Below, in pieces: positions 1-9,030 of a stretch of DNA of 64,000 bases. The translations under genes and the position numbers were made by a program. Numbering within the stretch: the stretch's first letter is position 1; every line of letters starts with the position of its first letter. Origin of the DNA: an uncultured Nocardia sp. (GTDB taxonomy: Bacteria > Actinomycetota > Actinomycetes > Mycobacteriales > Mycobacteriaceae); NCBI GenBank assembly GCA_966435935.1, contig CBJNFW010000003.1:24224-88223 (forward strand), written 5' to 3'. Under the pieces are notes generated by a model. The model had not been told where the DNA came from and did not search any database. It saw only the letters and a program-made list of their open reading frames with translations.

Positions 1-1175
1 CAGTCACCCGAATGCTGGTTCGTGCCGTGATCACGCATATCGGATTCGTCGTCGCCGCGGGAGTAGGCGTCCTTGCGCGCCGTGGTGATCTGCGCGGAGG
101 TCAGCGATCCGCCCCCGGCGCTCGCGGCGAGGTACATGCCGTCGAAACACTGTGCCTGCAACTCGATCCGGCGTGAGACCTCCATGCCCTTCGAAGTCCG
201 CACGCCCGCGTTGTACTCGTCTTCGTGCGCCTTGCCCAGAATGCCCGCCTGCTCCTGGACGTGATGTCCGTACTCGTGCGCGAAGACCGAAAGATAACGC
301 TCCCAATGATTTCCGATCACATCGGTCTGGATGTGATCCAACGGGATGTAGATGGTCTGATTCGCGTTGCAGTAGAACGCGGCGAAATTGCTCGTGCTGC
401 CCGTGCAGGGCGTCGTGAGCCCGGTCGTACTCGCGCTCACGTTCAGCACCGGCGGGGTGAACGGCAGATTCGCCTTGGCCAGCACCGGTTTCCAAGCCGC
501 GGCAAGGCACGTGGCGGCGCTCTCGAAGAACTTCCGAGCCTGGTCGACCTGGGTGCTCCAGCTCGCGTAGGGGCAATTCGCCTCGCTCACCGCGGTTCCC
601 GGACCGGCCAGGATGGGGTTGTCACCGGTCGCGGCGACTCCGAGGGTCTTCGTCGAGGTGGGGTAGGTGGTGTAGGGACCCGCCGGGGACGTGCTGGTGT
701 TGTCGATCGTGGCGTGCAGCCCGAGCCGGACCAGCGCACCGGCGACGACGATCACGACCACGACTACCAGCGCGCCGATCGCCCCGCCGCCCGACCCGCG
801 CGGGGGACGTCCGGGCGGAGGCCCGTACGGCATCCGGCCCATCGGCGGCCCGTAGGCCGCGGGCCGGACCCCGGCCGGACCGTACGGCCCCGGCGGCATC
901 CGGCCGCCGTATCCCGGCGGTCGCGGCGGTGCGGCGTAGCCCGGCTGCTGGGGATGACCCGACGGCCTGCCGTACTGCGGCGGCACCGGTTGCGGTGGAT
1001 AACCAGGCTGTTGGGGATAACCGACCGGCTGGTGCCGGCCAGGCTGGGGATTGCCGTGATGCTGTGGATAACTCGGACCGCGTCCGTATCCCGGCGGATT
1101 TCCCGGTTGCGGACCGTGCGGCCCGGCCGGACCGCCGGGCATACCGGGACCGGTCCCGTAGGGTGGTCGGCTCAC
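1..1175 (-). CDS. neutral zinc metallopeptidase (YpfJ / Rv2575-like), membrane anchored; 3' end runs off the window
   Basis: Absent from the ORF track because there is no in-window stop. My translation of the minus strand from GTG 1175 (in-frame ATG at 1142) gives a Pro/Gly-rich N-terminus, one TM helix (GAIGALVVVVVIVVAGALV, phase checked at 725), then FYCNANQTIYIPLD and VFAHEYGHHVQEQ (HEYGH at 278-264, phase checked). Confidence 0.8.
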   Translation of the reverse strand, partial: MSRPPYGTGPGMPGGPAGPHGPQPGNPPGYGRGPSYPQHHGNPQPGRHQPVGYPQQPGYPPQPVPPQYGRPSGHPQQPGYAAPPRPPGYGGRMPPGPYGPAGVRPAAYGPPMGRMPYGPPPGRPPRGSGGGAIGALVVVVVIVVAGALVRLGLHATIDNTSTSPAGPYTTYPTSTKTLGVAATGDNPILAGPGTAVSEANCPYASWSTQVDQARKFFESAATCLAAAWKPVLAKANLPFTPPVLNVSASTTGLTTPCTGSTSNFAAFYCNANQTIYIPLDHIQTDVIGNHWERYLSVFAHEYGHHVQEQAGILGKAHEDEYNAGVRTSKGMEVSRRIELQAQCFDGMYLAASAGGGSLTSAQITTARKDAYSRGDDESDMRDHGTNQHSGD

Positions 1176-1250
1176 TCCCCCGCGCCCCCGTCTCTCGGTC
1201 AACTGATTAGCTGATGCCGAAGAATACCAAGCTGTCTATGCTGTTGCCCC

Positions 1251-2858
1251 ATGCTGATTTTTCGGGGGGGCGCTCTCGGCGCCGTGACGCTGGCTCTTGC
1301 CGGGATGTTACTGACAGCACCTCCCGCACAGGCACAGGCACCGGCCGACGGGGTGGCGATTGCGGCCGATGTGAAACTCAGCAGAGACGGGAATCTGGAA
1401 GTCACCGAGCAGGTGACCGTTCCGCGGGACGGGGAGTTCCGGATGGCGCTGCCGCTGCGAGTCGCGTTGGGCGACAAGGGCGGTGAGCGCCGGTTCAAGG
1501 TCAGTGACATCTCCGGCACCGGACCGGGTTCGGCGAAGGTGAGCGGCGAAGTGTTCACCGTCGACGCGCCCGCCGGGACGTCCTCGTTCCGATATACCGT
1601 GCACAACACGGTCAGCGATGCGCCGGGCACCCAGATTTTCCGCTGGACCGGCGTCCTGCAATCCGATGTGGCCTCTTTCGATGCCACGTTGATCAGCCCC
1701 AGTTATCGGATGGGCATCATCGACTGCAAGGTCGGACCGCAGGCCGGCGCGCACAGATGTGACGCCACCGTCGAACCCGACGGCGTGCTGACGCTGCACG
1801 AAACCAACCTGCGCAGAGGCGATGTCGTCGATGTCACCCTGCAACTACCGCCCGGGACCGTACCCGCCAACGCCGATGTCACCGATGGAGGTTCGCGGGG
1901 GGCGTTCTCGATCACCGCGCCGGTGCTGATCGCCTTCGGTGTGCTGATCGCGGCTCTGGCCGCGCTGACCGGATTCGTGCTGTGGTCGCGTCGTCAGGAC
2001 GCGGCGGCCCTGCGCGGCGGCGAGGCGGTGGATCCCGTGCAGCGCAAGGGAAGTAAGGCACAGTTCGTTTCCCCGGACGGTGTGCTGCCCGGCGAGGCCG
2101 GTCTGCTGCTCGACAATTCCGTCGACGCGGCCGATCTCGCCTCGACCGTCGTGGATCTCGCTGTGCGCCGGTACATCTGGGTCGCACCGGTCGGTGATTC
2201 CGATTGGCGCATCACCCGTCTCAATCCGGCCGACGAGCAGTTGCGCGAGTTCGAGCGCGAGGTGTACCGCGCTGTCCTGCCGGACGGCATGGAGTCGATT
2301 CTGTTGTCGGAGTTGCGCGGTCGCGCGTCCGGCGAACCCGCCCGCGCGGCACTGCGGGCCGACGCTCTGGCGCACGGCATCCTGATCGACCGCAAACGCC
2401 GCGGCCTGACGTTCGGACTGGGCGCGATACTCCTGGTCGTCGGCATCGCCGCAACGGTCGGGCTGGCGATCTCGGGCGGGTACGCGCTGGTCGGCGTCGC
2501 GATCGGCCTCGGCGGCGTGGCCGCGTTGCTGTTGCCCGCCTACCTCCCGGCCCGCACGGCCGCCGGGCGCGCGCTGGCCGGGCGGGTGCGCGGCCTGCAA
2601 CGGGGACTCGAAACGATGCAGGTCGAGCTGGTGCCACCGGCCGAACGGGAGCAGGTGTTCTCACGCGGGCTGCCGTACACGATCATCGGCGCCCGCTCCG
2701 ACAACTGGATCCGCACCTTCCGCGAGATCGATCTGTCCGCCGATCGCGAACCGGGCCTCTACTGGTTCGGCGGATTCGAGCAGGATCGGGATCTCAGCCG
2801 GTTCGCGGCGCATTTCCCGTATTTCATCACCGCCTTGGAAGGGCTGTTCGCGAAGTAG
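1251..2858 (+). CDS. DUF2207 domain-containing membrane protein
   Basis: Signal peptide (LTAPPAQAQA), N-terminal extracytoplasmic domain, central and C-terminal TM segments, and the C-terminal WFGGFE...F motif typical of DUF2207. Divergent from the metallopeptidase gene. Confidence 0.8.
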   Translation: MLIFRGGALGAVTLALAGMLLTAPPAQAQAPADGVAIAADVKLSRDGNLEVTEQVTVPRDGEFRMALPLRVALGDKGGERRFKVSDISGTGPGSAKVSGEVFTVDAPAGTSSFRYTVHNTVSDAPGTQIFRWTGVLQSDVASFDATLISPSYRMGIIDCKVGPQAGAHRCDATVEPDGVLTLHETNLRRGDVVDVTLQLPPGTVPANADVTDGGSRGAFSITAPVLIAFGVLIAALAALTGFVLWSRRQDAAALRGGEAVDPVQRKGSKAQFVSPDGVLPGEAGLLLDNSVDAADLASTVVDLAVRRYIWVAPVGDSDWRITRLNPADEQLREFEREVYRAVLPDGMESILLSELRGRASGEPARAALRADALAHGILIDRKRRGLTFGLGAILLVVGIAATVGLAISGGYALVGVAIGLGGVAALLLPAYLPARTAAGRALAGRVRGLQRGLETMQVELVPPAEREQVFSRGLPYTIIGARSDNWIRTFREIDLSADREPGLYWFGGFEQDRDLSRFAAHFPYFITALEGLFAK

Positions 2859-2864
2859 GCCCGT

Positions 2865-3416
2865 TCAGCGGGCGCGCAGGCCGTCCAGCACGATTTCCAT
2901 TGTGCGACGGGCGGTTTCGGCGTACGACTCGTCCGGGAAGACGAACACCTGCAGCGTCATCAGCGCGGCGATGTCACGGGAGGTGATGTCGGCGCGCAGG
3001 TCGCCGGACGCCTGGGCCCGGGCGGTCATATTCTCGACGTGGGCGGCGATCTTGCCGCGCACCTCGGTCAGCGCGGGATCGCTGCGGATATCGGCATGCA
3101 GTGTCGGCTCGATGGCCGCGGCCAACGCGCCCAGGCGCATCTCGGCGCATTCGCGCAGGAACCGGCACAGGGTCGACCACGCGCTCTCCTCGTCCTGGAT
3201 GGCGGTGGCCGCCAGATCCGCCAGACCGGACAGATAGGCGTGTGCGGCGGCGGTGATCAGCGCACCGCGATCGGGAAACCGGCGATACAGGGTGCCGACG
3301 CCGACGCCGGCGCGGTCGGCGATCTCCTTCATCGGCACCTCGACGCCCTGCTCCAGGAAGACGACCTGCGCGGCCGCCAGGATCTGATCGCGGTTACTGC
3401 GCGCATCGGACCGCAC
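2865..3416 (-). CDS. TetR/AcrR family transcriptional regulator
   Basis: HTH signature RDQILAAAQVVFLEQGVEVPMKEIADRAGVGVGTLYRRFPDRGALI. Start moved to in-frame GTG 3416 (VRSDARSN) because the track N-terminus would run through the shared promoter region. Confidence 0.85.
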   Translation of the reverse strand: MRSDARSNRDQILAAAQVVFLEQGVEVPMKEIADRAGVGVGTLYRRFPDRGALITAAAHAYLSGLADLAATAIQDEESAWSTLCRFLRECAEMRLGALAAAIEPTLHADIRSDPALTEVRGKIAAHVENMTARAQASGDLRADITSRDIAALMTLQVFVFPDESYAETARRTMEIVLDGLRAR

Positions 3417-3473
3417 TCCACACACCTCCGGAAACAAGTGGACGATTTTCTTCCGGTTAGTGTACCGTGGGAG

Positions 3474-3496
3474 AAGTGGACGAAAGTCGTCCACTT
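3474..3496. promoter_or_regulatory. candidate TetR operator (perfect 10-bp inverted repeat)
   Basis: AAGTGGACGA-AAG-TCGTCCACTT between the divergent TetR and monooxygenase genes, 19 nt upstream of ATG 3515. A further direct copy of the half-site AAGTGGACGA lies at 3436-3445. Confidence 0.5.
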
Positions 3497-3514
3497 ATCG
3501 CGGAGGTTCTCGAC

Positions 3515-4627
3515 ATGAACTACAGCGTGCTGATCTCCGGCGCCGGAGTCGCCGGTTCGACATTGGCGTATTGGCTTGCGCGAGAAGGTTTCACGGTGAC
3601 CGTCGCGGAGCGCGCGACCGGACAGCGCTCCAGCGGCAATCCGGTCGACGTCAAGGGCCCCGCGCTCGCGGTGGTCGAGCAGATGGGTATCGAGCCCAGG
3701 TTGCGGGCCGCCGCGACGGCCGTGCGGCGAATCGCCTTCCTCGACGGGTCGGGACGCGAACGTGCGTCGATGAACATGAACTCGATCCAAGGCTCACCCG
3801 ACGGACGCGAAATCGAGATCGCCCGAGCCGATCTCGCCGCGGCGCTGCTCTCGACCGCACAGGACAGCGCCGAAATCCTCTGGGGCGAAACGATCACCGG
3901 ACTCACGCAGCGCGCGGACGGGGTCGAGGTCACCTTCGAGCACAGTGCGCCCGCCCGGTTCGATCTGGTCGTCGGGGCGGACGGACTGCATTCGGGCGTA
4001 CGCCGGCTGGCCTTCGGCCCGGAGCGCGAGTTCATCCGGCACATGGGCATGTTCGTCGCCACCCTGCCGGTCGACCGCACCCTCGCCGGGGGGCACGCCG
4101 TGGCCATGTACAACGCGCCCGGCCGATCCTTCAGCGTTCATCCGGCACATGGAATCCCGTTGGCGGCGTTCATCTTCCGGCACGCGCCCGTGCCCGCCCT
4201 CGACCACCGCGACCTTACCGCGCACAAGCGTCTGGTCACCGAGACGTACACCGGACGGCTGGGCATGTTCGAGGACTTCCTCGACCAGCTCGCCGACGCC
4301 GAGGACATGTACTTCGACTCGGTCGCTCAGGTCCGCCTGCCATCCTGGACGAACGGCCGGATCACGCTGATCGGCGACGCGGCCTCCAGCCTGTCCCTGT
4401 TCGGCGACGGCTCCACCCTGGCCATCGCCGCCGCGCACACCTTGGCCGAGGAACTCGCCCGAACCCCCGGCGACCCTACCGCCGCCCTCCAGCGATACGA
4501 ACGCCGTCACCGCACCCTGCTGCGGCCCAAGCAGCGCGGCTTCGCCCTGGCGAGCCGACTTCTCGTTCCCCGCTCCCGGCCCGCGATAGTGTTGCGCAAC
4601 ACCGCCGTTCGCGCCCTCGCCCGCTAA
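3515..4627 (+). CDS. FAD-dependent monooxygenase/oxidoreductase (group A flavoprotein type)
   Basis: MNYSVLISGAGVAGSTLAYWLAREGFTVTVAERA dinucleotide fold, DLVVGADGLHSGVR and GDAASSLSLFGDGSTLA motifs. GGAGG RBS at 3502-3506, so the start is at 3515 rather than 3467. Confidence 0.85.
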   Translation: MNYSVLISGAGVAGSTLAYWLAREGFTVTVAERATGQRSSGNPVDVKGPALAVVEQMGIEPRLRAAATAVRRIAFLDGSGRERASMNMNSIQGSPDGREIEIARADLAAALLSTAQDSAEILWGETITGLTQRADGVEVTFEHSAPARFDLVVGADGLHSGVRRLAFGPEREFIRHMGMFVATLPVDRTLAGGHAVAMYNAPGRSFSVHPAHGIPLAAFIFRHAPVPALDHRDLTAHKRLVTETYTGRLGMFEDFLDQLADAEDMYFDSVAQVRLPSWTNGRITLIGDAASSLSLFGDGSTLAIAAAHTLAEELARTPGDPTAALQRYERRHRTLLRPKQRGFALASRLLVPRSRPAIVLRNTAVRALAR

Positions 4628-4796
4628 CCCTCGACTACGCCCACCCGAACGCCGCAGACTCCGGACGAGGGCCCGGATGTCCCGGTCACCCACGGGGCAA
4701 CCGCAGCTCTGGGTAACCGCGACAGGCGAGCGTCCGGTGGTCCGGGCGGGAGGTACCACGCGGAACCGCCTCGGTTGATCGGGCCCCGGCCCCGCC

Positions 4797-4825
4797 GAAG
4801 CGGAACGGAGGCCAGGATTACTGCC
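4797..4825. repeat. interspersed short element, copy F
   Basis: Minus-sense GGCAGTAATCCTGGCCTCCGTTCCGCTTC. The TAA stop of the ROK gene (4820-4818) lies inside it. Alignable with the copies at 28144-28200, 41254-41284, 42652-42682 and 30648-30683. Confidence 0.55.
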
Positions 4826-6074
4826 TGGTGGCGCGGCGCATGGCCGAGATGGGGTCGGCGTAGAAGACGCTCAGCGAGGTGACCGCGGCGGCGTGTTCCT
4901 GGACGCGGCCGCCGAAGCGGCTGATGCGCAGGTCGGCGGGCGGGAGATTGGTGTTCTCGGCGAATGCCTGTGCTACCCGGTCGACTCCGGGGCGGTAGCC
5001 GGTGAATGCCTGGCCGCCCAGCACAACTCGGTCCGGGTTGAACATGTCGCGGATGAGAGCCGCTGTGCGCCCGAGGATTTCGGCGCGCTCGTCGAGCATC
5101 GCACGCGCGGCGTCCGAGCCGGAATCCGCGGCGCGGTACAGGTCCGCGATCACCGGGCGGCGGGGAGCCTCGCGGCGGGGCACGATTCCGGCGCGCACCG
5201 CGCGGCCCAGGATCGCGGCCTCACCGACCGTGGCCTCCAAGCAGCCGCGACGTCCGCAGGCGCATTCGATATCGGAACCGGTGGGCAGGTGCGCGATGGA
5301 ACCGGGCCCGCTGGCGGGAGTGTGCACCCGATCGTGCAGGGTGACCGCGACGCCGGCGGTCTCCCGCGCGTAGATGTACAGACTGCTGCCCGGACGCTGC
5401 TGTTCACCGGGCGCGAGCAGCAACTCCGCCGCGGCCATCGCCTCCACGTGCGCGGATATCGAGACCGGCAGGTCGAGCACGGTGGCGAACACCGCGGCAA
5501 CGGGCGCGGCCTGCCAGCCCAGACGCGGATGATCGACCACCCCGGCGGCCGGATCGACTCGTCCGGCCAGCGCGACGCCGGTCCACAGCGGGCGACGGCG
5601 CGGCAGCCGATCCAGGAACGCCTTGGCGCTGCGGGCGATGATGGTCAGCGCGGCGTCCTGGCCGACCTGCGGCGTGGCGATCTCCAGTCCGCCGAGGATG
5701 CGGCCGGACAGATCCGCGGCGATGATCCGGGTCACCGTGGCCCCGATGTGCACGCCCAGCGTGGCGAAGGTGTCGGTATCGACCTCGAACGGGATGCGCG
5801 GGCGTCCGACCGCCCCCGACGCGGTCAGATCGGCGCGCTCGCGCAGCAGTCCCGTCGAAAGCAGCGCGGACACTTGGCGATTCACCGTCGCGATGCTGGA
5901 ACCCGTTGTCTGCGCGGCGGAATCGCGAAAGATCGGGCCGCGCGTGGCGGCACGCAGAACGGCGGCGGCGGGGTTGTCGGAGATGCGCAGTTCCGGCGGT
6001 ACCGCGGGACGCGCGGATACGACCCGGACGGGCGCGGTAGTGGTCGACGGTCGCTCGATGGTGGGGATCGTCAT
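4818..6074 (-). CDS. ROK family transcriptional regulator
   Basis: N-terminal wHTH (SIATVNRQVSALLSTGLLRE) followed by a ROK sugar-kinase-like fold with the CxCGxxGC zinc motif (CACGRRGCLE). ATG 6074 has an AAGGA RBS. Confidence 0.85.
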   Translation of the reverse strand: MTIPTIERPSTTTAPVRVVSARPAVPPELRISDNPAAAVLRAATRGPIFRDSAAQTTGSSIATVNRQVSALLSTGLLRERADLTASGAVGRPRIPFEVDTDTFATLGVHIGATVTRIIAADLSGRILGGLEIATPQVGQDAALTIIARSAKAFLDRLPRRRPLWTGVALAGRVDPAAGVVDHPRLGWQAAPVAAVFATVLDLPVSISAHVEAMAAAELLLAPGEQQRPGSSLYIYARETAGVAVTLHDRVHTPASGPGSIAHLPTGSDIECACGRRGCLEATVGEAAILGRAVRAGIVPRREAPRRPVIADLYRAADSGSDAARAMLDERAEILGRTAALIRDMFNPDRVVLGGQAFTGYRPGVDRVAQAFAENTNLPPADLRISRFGGRVQEHAAAVTSLSVFYADPISAMRRATRQ

Positions 6075-6331
6075 TTCGAAATCCTTGTTGAAAGCCCGCG
6101 CGGGGCTGTATTCGGCAACGACAACAAGGCAGTGAGAAGGGCCCGGACAGAACGCGACCGGCCGTCACGAACGAGCAGGAGCGGTTCTCAGCTGCGCGGC
6201 CGAGAGCAACACAGCTCCCGCTGCCGCGGCAGCCGCACACCGAGCGCAACGGTCACGTAGGTGACCTCAGCGGCATTCGATCGGCTGGAGAACATGGTTG
6301 AGAACGTTATCATCCCAGGTGTGGTGGACGC

Positions 6332-6379
6332 CAGACCAAGTGGTCTGCATGCATTCCGCTCAACGAGATTCGAATCTCG
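6332..6379. promoter_or_regulatory. cluster of three palindromes (candidate GntR/HutC or ROK operators)
   Basis: CAGACCAAGTGGTCTG (6332-6347, 7/8 arms, AGACCA/TGGTCT half-sites like HutC-family sites), TGCATGCA (6347-6354) and the perfect 16-mer CGAGATTCGAATCTCG (6364-6379), all inside the 483-bp ROK/GntR divergent region. Confidence 0.35.
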
Positions 6380-6557
6380 CGGCCCGGTTGCCGGGGTGGC
6401 GCAATGGCCGAAATCACTCCCGTTTCGGCAGGCCGCCGCGATCGATGTGCGGCGCATTACCCGAAGGCGCACGCACCCGTCCCGAACATCGGCCCGGGAT
6501 CGCGGCGATATCCCATTACTCTCGGAAACCGCTGGTCACAGGCGGAAGGAGGATGAG

Positions 6558-7325
6558 TTGACGCCGCAACCGACGCCACTGCGCACCCCTGCCCGCCGAG
6601 CCGATCGCGCCCGTCAGGTCGCCGATGTACTGCGCCAGCAGATTCACGCGCAGACCTTCGCGCACACCTTGCCCAGCGAGAGCGAGCTCGCCGCCGAATT
6701 CGCGGTCTCACGCAACACCGTGCGCGACGCCCTCGCACTGCTCAAGGACGAGGGCCTCATCGAACGCGCGCCGAAGGTGGGCACCCATATCGCGCAGCGC
6801 AAGTACGAGCACGGGCTGGACGCGTTGCGCGGCCTGAAGGAGACCCTGCGCGGCCACGGCGAGGTCCGCAACGAGGTGCGCGTGGTCTCCCGGGTGACTC
6901 CGCCACCGGCCGTGGCACGCCGATTGGACCTGGGTCCGGGCGAGCAGGCGGTGTACATCGAGCGGCTGCGCTATCTCGGCGACCTGCCGCTGAGTCTGGA
7001 CCTGACCTATCTCGCGCCCGATATCGGCTCCGAGGTGATCACCCGGGACCTGGAGACCAACGACGTATTCGCCCTCATCGAGGAGATCAGCGGCGGCCCA
7101 TTGGGTTCGGCCGATCTGGTGCTCGAGGCGATCACCGCGGACCCGCACTCCGCGGCCGCCCTGCAGATGCCCGAGGGCGGCGCACTGCTGCTCCTGGAAC
7201 GACTGACCCGGCTCGACGACGGCCGCCCGGTGGACCTCGAGTACATCCGGCTGCGCGGCGACCGAATCACCATGCGCGGCAGCCTCGTCCGGCCCGCGGA
7301 AAGCAGCGATTGGAGGCTGATCTGA
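6558..7325 (+). CDS. GntR family transcriptional regulator, HutC/UTRA subfamily
   Basis: wHTH LPSESELAAEFAVSRNTVRDALALLKDEGLIERAPKVGTHI plus a UTRA-type C-terminal domain. Start set at in-frame TTG 6558, preceded by GGAAGGAGG; the track start at 6261 would add ~100 non-family residues. Confidence 0.8.
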   Translation: MTPQPTPLRTPARRADRARQVADVLRQQIHAQTFAHTLPSESELAAEFAVSRNTVRDALALLKDEGLIERAPKVGTHIAQRKYEHGLDALRGLKETLRGHGEVRNEVRVVSRVTPPPAVARRLDLGPGEQAVYIERLRYLGDLPLSLDLTYLAPDIGSEVITRDLETNDVFALIEEISGGPLGSADLVLEAITADPHSAAALQMPEGGALLLLERLTRLDDGRPVDLEYIRLRGDRITMRGSLVRPAESSDWRLI

Positions 7326-7553
7326 ATGGCCCTGGTGAACCAGCGCGCCGACGTCCCGGTGACCATCGACGAATCCCTGTGTATCGAGGGGTGCACACTC
7401 TGCGTCGAGATATGTCCGCTCGATTCGCTGGCGATCAACCCGGACAACGGCAAGGCGTTCATGCACGTGGACGAGTGTTGGTACTGCGGCCCGTGCGCGG
7501 CCCGCTGCCCCACCGGCGCCGTCACCGTCAACATGCCCTTCCTGCTGCGCTGA
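7326..7553 (+). CDS. 2x[4Fe-4S] ferredoxin, AprB-like (lacks the AprB C-terminal tail)
   Basis: Two cluster motifs, CIEGCTLCVEICP and CWYCGPCAARCP. The spacer INPDNGKAFMHVDE resembles the N-terminal domain of the APS reductase beta subunit as I remember it. The ATG directly abuts the GntR stop. Confidence 0.75.
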   Translation: MALVNQRADVPVTIDESLCIEGCTLCVEICPLDSLAINPDNGKAFMHVDECWYCGPCAARCPTGAVTVNMPFLLR

Positions 7554-7602
7554 TTCGCGCACCGAGATCGCCGTCGCGCGAACAGTATTCCGAGGAATTT
7601 CG

Positions 7603-9030
7603 ATGAAATATCGTCCTGCCCGCGTCATCGCGGGTTTGTCCGCCATGGCTCTGATCGCCGCCGGCTGCTCACTCGAGTCCGCCTCGTCCGGGAATACCGT
7701 CCGGGTCGTGGTGGGCTACCAATCCAAGACCATCAATACCGTCACCGCCGGAACATTACTGCGGGCCAAGGGCTTTCTCGAACAGCGGCTGGCGAAGCTG
7801 ACCGCCGCGGGCGGCCCGAAATATCAGGTCGAATGGCAGGATTACGACACCGGTGCGCCGATCACCGCGCAGATGGTCGCGGAGAAGATCGATATCGGCT
7901 CGATGGGCGACTACCCGTTGCTGATCAACGGTTCACGCACCCAGGTGAGTGAACAATCCCGCACCGAATTGGTGTCGGTCACCGGATACCAGCCCAAGGG
8001 CTCGCTCAATATGGTTGTGGTGCCGCCGAATTCGCCGATCGAGTCGTTGCGGGACCTGGCCGGGAAGAAGGTGTCCGCGAGTGTCGGATCGGCCGGTGAC
8101 GGCACGTTGCGCCAGGCACTCACCCGGGCGGGCATCGATCCGAAATCCGGTGTGCAGATCCTGAACCAGCAGCCGCAGATCGGGGCTTCGGCCCTGGATT
8201 CCGGCCAGGTGCAGGCGCTTTCGCAGTTCGTCGCGTGGCCCGGACTGCTGGTCTTCCAGAACAAGGCGCAATTGCTGTACGACGGCGCGGAATTGAATGT
8301 GCCCACCTTCCACGGCGTCGTCGCGCGACGGGATTACGCGAAACAGCATCCCGAGGTGCTCGACGCGTTCTTGCAGGCACAGCTGGATGCCACCGATTTC
8401 CTGCACGCGAAGCCGCTCGAATCCGCCGAAACAGTGGCGCACGACACCGGGCTGCCGGCCGAGGTGGTGTACCTCTACAACGGTCCCGGCGGCACCTCCT
8501 TCGATACTCCGCTGAAAACACCGCTGATCCAGGCGTTGCAGGGTGATATCCCCTATCTGAAGTCGATCGGCGATTTCGCGGACCTGGACGTGAACGGATT
8601 CGTCGACGACGCGCCACTGCGAAAGGCATTCGGCGAGCGCGGTATCGACTACGACAAGGCGGTCGCGAACTTCGCCGATCCCGCGCCGATCACCGGCACC
8701 GATCCAGTGGCGAATCGTCCGGTCACCGATCCCGCGCTGGCCGGGGAGATCTGGTTCGACGGTCAGGAGGCGACCCAGCCCGCGGCCGATCCGACCGCTC
8801 TGCTGCGCGCGGTGAAAGCGGCTCGGGCACAGGGGCGGAAGGTTCGCGAGGCCTACGTTCCCGATGCCGAACTGGGCACGCGCTGGTTCGCCGACAAGGC
8901 CCTGTGGGTACGCGACGGGCAGACCTATCTGCCGTTCACCACATCGGCGGCGGTGCGGCGTTATCTGAGCGCGCATCCGGGCAGCGCGCAACTGTCCTAC
9001 GATCAGGCGATCGACGAGGTGCAGTCGTGA
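7603..9030 (+). CDS. ABC transporter substrate-binding lipoprotein, NitT/TauT (SsuA-like) family, with extra C-terminal domain
   Basis: Lipobox LIAAGC. Body resembles the aliphatic sulfonate/taurine binding-protein fold (VVVGYQSKTINTV..., GSMGDYPLL, VSASVGSAGD). At 475 aa it is ~130 aa longer than typical family members. Confidence 0.8.
   Translation: MKYRPARVIAGLSAMALIAAGCSLESASSGNTVRVVVGYQSKTINTVTAGTLLRAKGFLEQRLAKLTAAGGPKYQVEWQDYDTGAPITAQMVAEKIDIGSMGDYPLLINGSRTQVSEQSRTELVSVTGYQPKGSLNMVVVPPNSPIESLRDLAGKKVSASVGSAGDGTLRQALTRAGIDPKSGVQILNQQPQIGASALDSGQVQALSQFVAWPGLLVFQNKAQLLYDGAELNVPTFHGVVARRDYAKQHPEVLDAFLQAQLDATDFLHAKPLESAETVAHDTGLPAEVVYLYNGPGGTSFDTPLKTPLIQALQGDIPYLKSIGDFADLDVNGFVDDAPLRKAFGERGIDYDKAVANFADPAPITGTDPVANRPVTDPALAGEIWFDGQEATQPAADPTALLRAVKAARAQGRKVREAYVPDAELGTRWFADKALWVRDGQTYLPFTTSAAVRRYLSAHPGSAQLSYDQAIDEVQS

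Noticed and set aside
6364-6379. Possible tRNA fragment: CGAGATTCGAATCTCG looks like a T arm, and nearby GGTGGCGCAATGG looks D-loop-like.
   Set aside because: No acceptor stem partner exists at the right distance. The T arm would have an A-C clash at positions 53-61, and no anticodon arm could be folded. It is better explained as a perfect 16-bp palindrome (operator candidate).
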